15,126 nucleotides of DNA from a virus (Duplodnaviria > Heunggongvirae > Uroviricota > Caudoviricetes), in the IMG/VR virus record IMGVR_UViG_2737471857_000007, positions 1 through 15,126 of that record, one strand, 5' to 3'. Shown one piece after another: positions 14,112-15,126 of this stretch. The number at the start of each line of letters is the position of its first letter. Position 1 is the stretch's first letter. A program made the translations under genes and the position numbers. The notes beneath the pieces were generated by a model. It had not been told where the DNA came from, did not search any database, and saw only the letters and a list, made by a program, of their open reading frames with translations.

Positions 14112-15126
14112 ATGGACTGATTCTGACAACGTCCGGCGCAGCAGAAATTGAAGCAGCATATCAGAACGGGCAAACCGTGACCGTCCGGCATGTTCTGCTT
14201 GGTGACGGGGGCGGGCAGGCATTGCCATCCACGCCGGATGAAATGGCAGCAATGACATCATTGTACGGCGAATTCGGGCAGGAACCCTTTTCCGACGGTG
14301 CGGTGGAGGAGGGCTTCATCAGCGGGGATATTGTGATTGACTGTAAATCATACCCCGGTAAAACCCTTCGTGAACTGGGGATGATCAGCGACAGAGGTAC
14401 GCTTATCGCGTACGGACGTTATCCGGACACCTTTTTACCAGACCAGACGGATTCCGTTATTAAGGAAGTTATTCTGACGCTGGTTCTTGGACTGACGCAC
14501 GCGCAAAGCGTGGTGCTGGAGGTTGATCCGGACAGAGCCATTATTACTCAGGAAATCGGAGACAGACGCTATCTGCAACGAAAAAATAATCTTTCGGATG
14601 TGGAAGACAAGGATGAGTCTGTTGAAAACCTCGGATTAAAACCCACGGTGGATAAGGCAAAAAATGCCGTTCAGCGTGATGGTGACACCATGAGCGGGGA
14701 ACTGAAAATCCGTGGTGTTAATGCGCTGAGGATTTTCAACGAAGCCTTTGGTCTGATTTTTCGCCGTTCGGAAGAGTGCCTGCACCTTATTCCTACCAGT
14801 GAAGGTCAGGGTGAAAATGGTGATATTGGCTCATTGCGCCCGTTCAGTATTGACTTGCGGACGGGGGAGATATCCATGTCGCACAAAGTGTCTGTTGGCG
14901 GTGGCTCTCAGGTGAATGGTGCGCTGGGTATCGGTGTTCAGAATGCGCTGGGTGGTAACTCAATTGCAATTGGTGACAGTGATACTGGCTTTAAACAGAA
15001 TGGTGACGGCCTGCTGGATGTTTATGCCAATGGTCAGCACGTATTCCGTTTTCAGAATGGCGAGTTACAAAGTAACCGGGCAGTGAATGTTTCAGGGCGG
15101 GTGACACCGTCAGACTACGGAAACTT
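14108..15126 (+). CDS. H: tail fibre protein (P2 gpH-like), 5' portion only, truncated by the window end
   Basis: ATG 14108 overlaps the I stop (ATGA). N-terminus MNGLILTTSGAAEIEAAY..VLLGDGGG resembles P2 gpH (..VITTAGAAKLAAA..MAVGDGGG). Downstream blocks AVQRDGDTMSGEL and NALGGNSIAIGDSDTGFKQNGDGLLDVYANGQHVFRFQNG match conserved P2 gpH motifs (AVQKNGDTLSGGL; NALGGSSIVLGDNDTGFKQNGDGILDVYANSQRVFRFQNG). No stop before the window end; this ORF is absent from the supplied track for that reason. Confidence 0.85.
   Translation, partial: MNGLILTTSGAAEIEAAYQNGQTVTVRHVLLGDGGGQALPSTPDEMAAMTSLYGEFGQEPFSDGAVEEGFISGDIVIDCKSYPGKTLRELGMISDRGTLIAYGRYPDTFLPDQTDSVIKEVILTLVLGLTHAQSVVLEVDPDRAIITQEIGDRRYLQRKNNLSDVEDKDESVENLGLKPTVDKAKNAVQRDGDTMSGELKIRGVNALRIFNEAFGLIFRRSEECLHLIPTSEGQGENGDIGSLRPFSIDLRTGEISMSHKVSVGGGSQVNGALGIGVQNALGGNSIAIGDSDTGFKQNGDGLLDVYANGQHVFRFQNGELQSNRAVNVSGRVTPSDYGN

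Noticed and set aside
1-15126. CRISPR arrays, tRNA/rRNA genes, integrase, transposase or IS elements
   Set aside because: No short direct repeats with regular spacers, no tRNA-like structures noticed, and all long ORFs are accounted for by phage lysis, packaging and structural genes.

Overview
The whole window reads as one plus-strand late-gene block of a temperate phage or prophage, probably from an enterobacterial host, with a mosaic lambda-like head and P2-like contractile-tail baseplate. Gene order: 3' end of a probable endolysin, an overlapping Rz/Rz1-type spanin pair, a ~1.7 kb accessory zone (one small hypothetical gene plus a low-GC moron bracketed by a duplicated ~40 bp hairpin repeat), a lambda-type cos region, then Nu1, A, W, B, C with nested Nu3, D, E, FI, FII, two head-tail/tail-completion genes, P2-like baseplate genes V, W, J, I, and the 5' part of tail fibre gene H, cut by the window end. 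The most unusual features are the low-GC moron cassette, a 3.7-copy in-frame 138-bp tandem repeat inside the protease/scaffold gene, and the junction between lambda-type head completion and a P2-type baseplate. All homology calls were made by eye against remembered lambda and P2 protein sequences; no database search was run. No rRNA, tRNA, CRISPR, integrase or transposase was seen.
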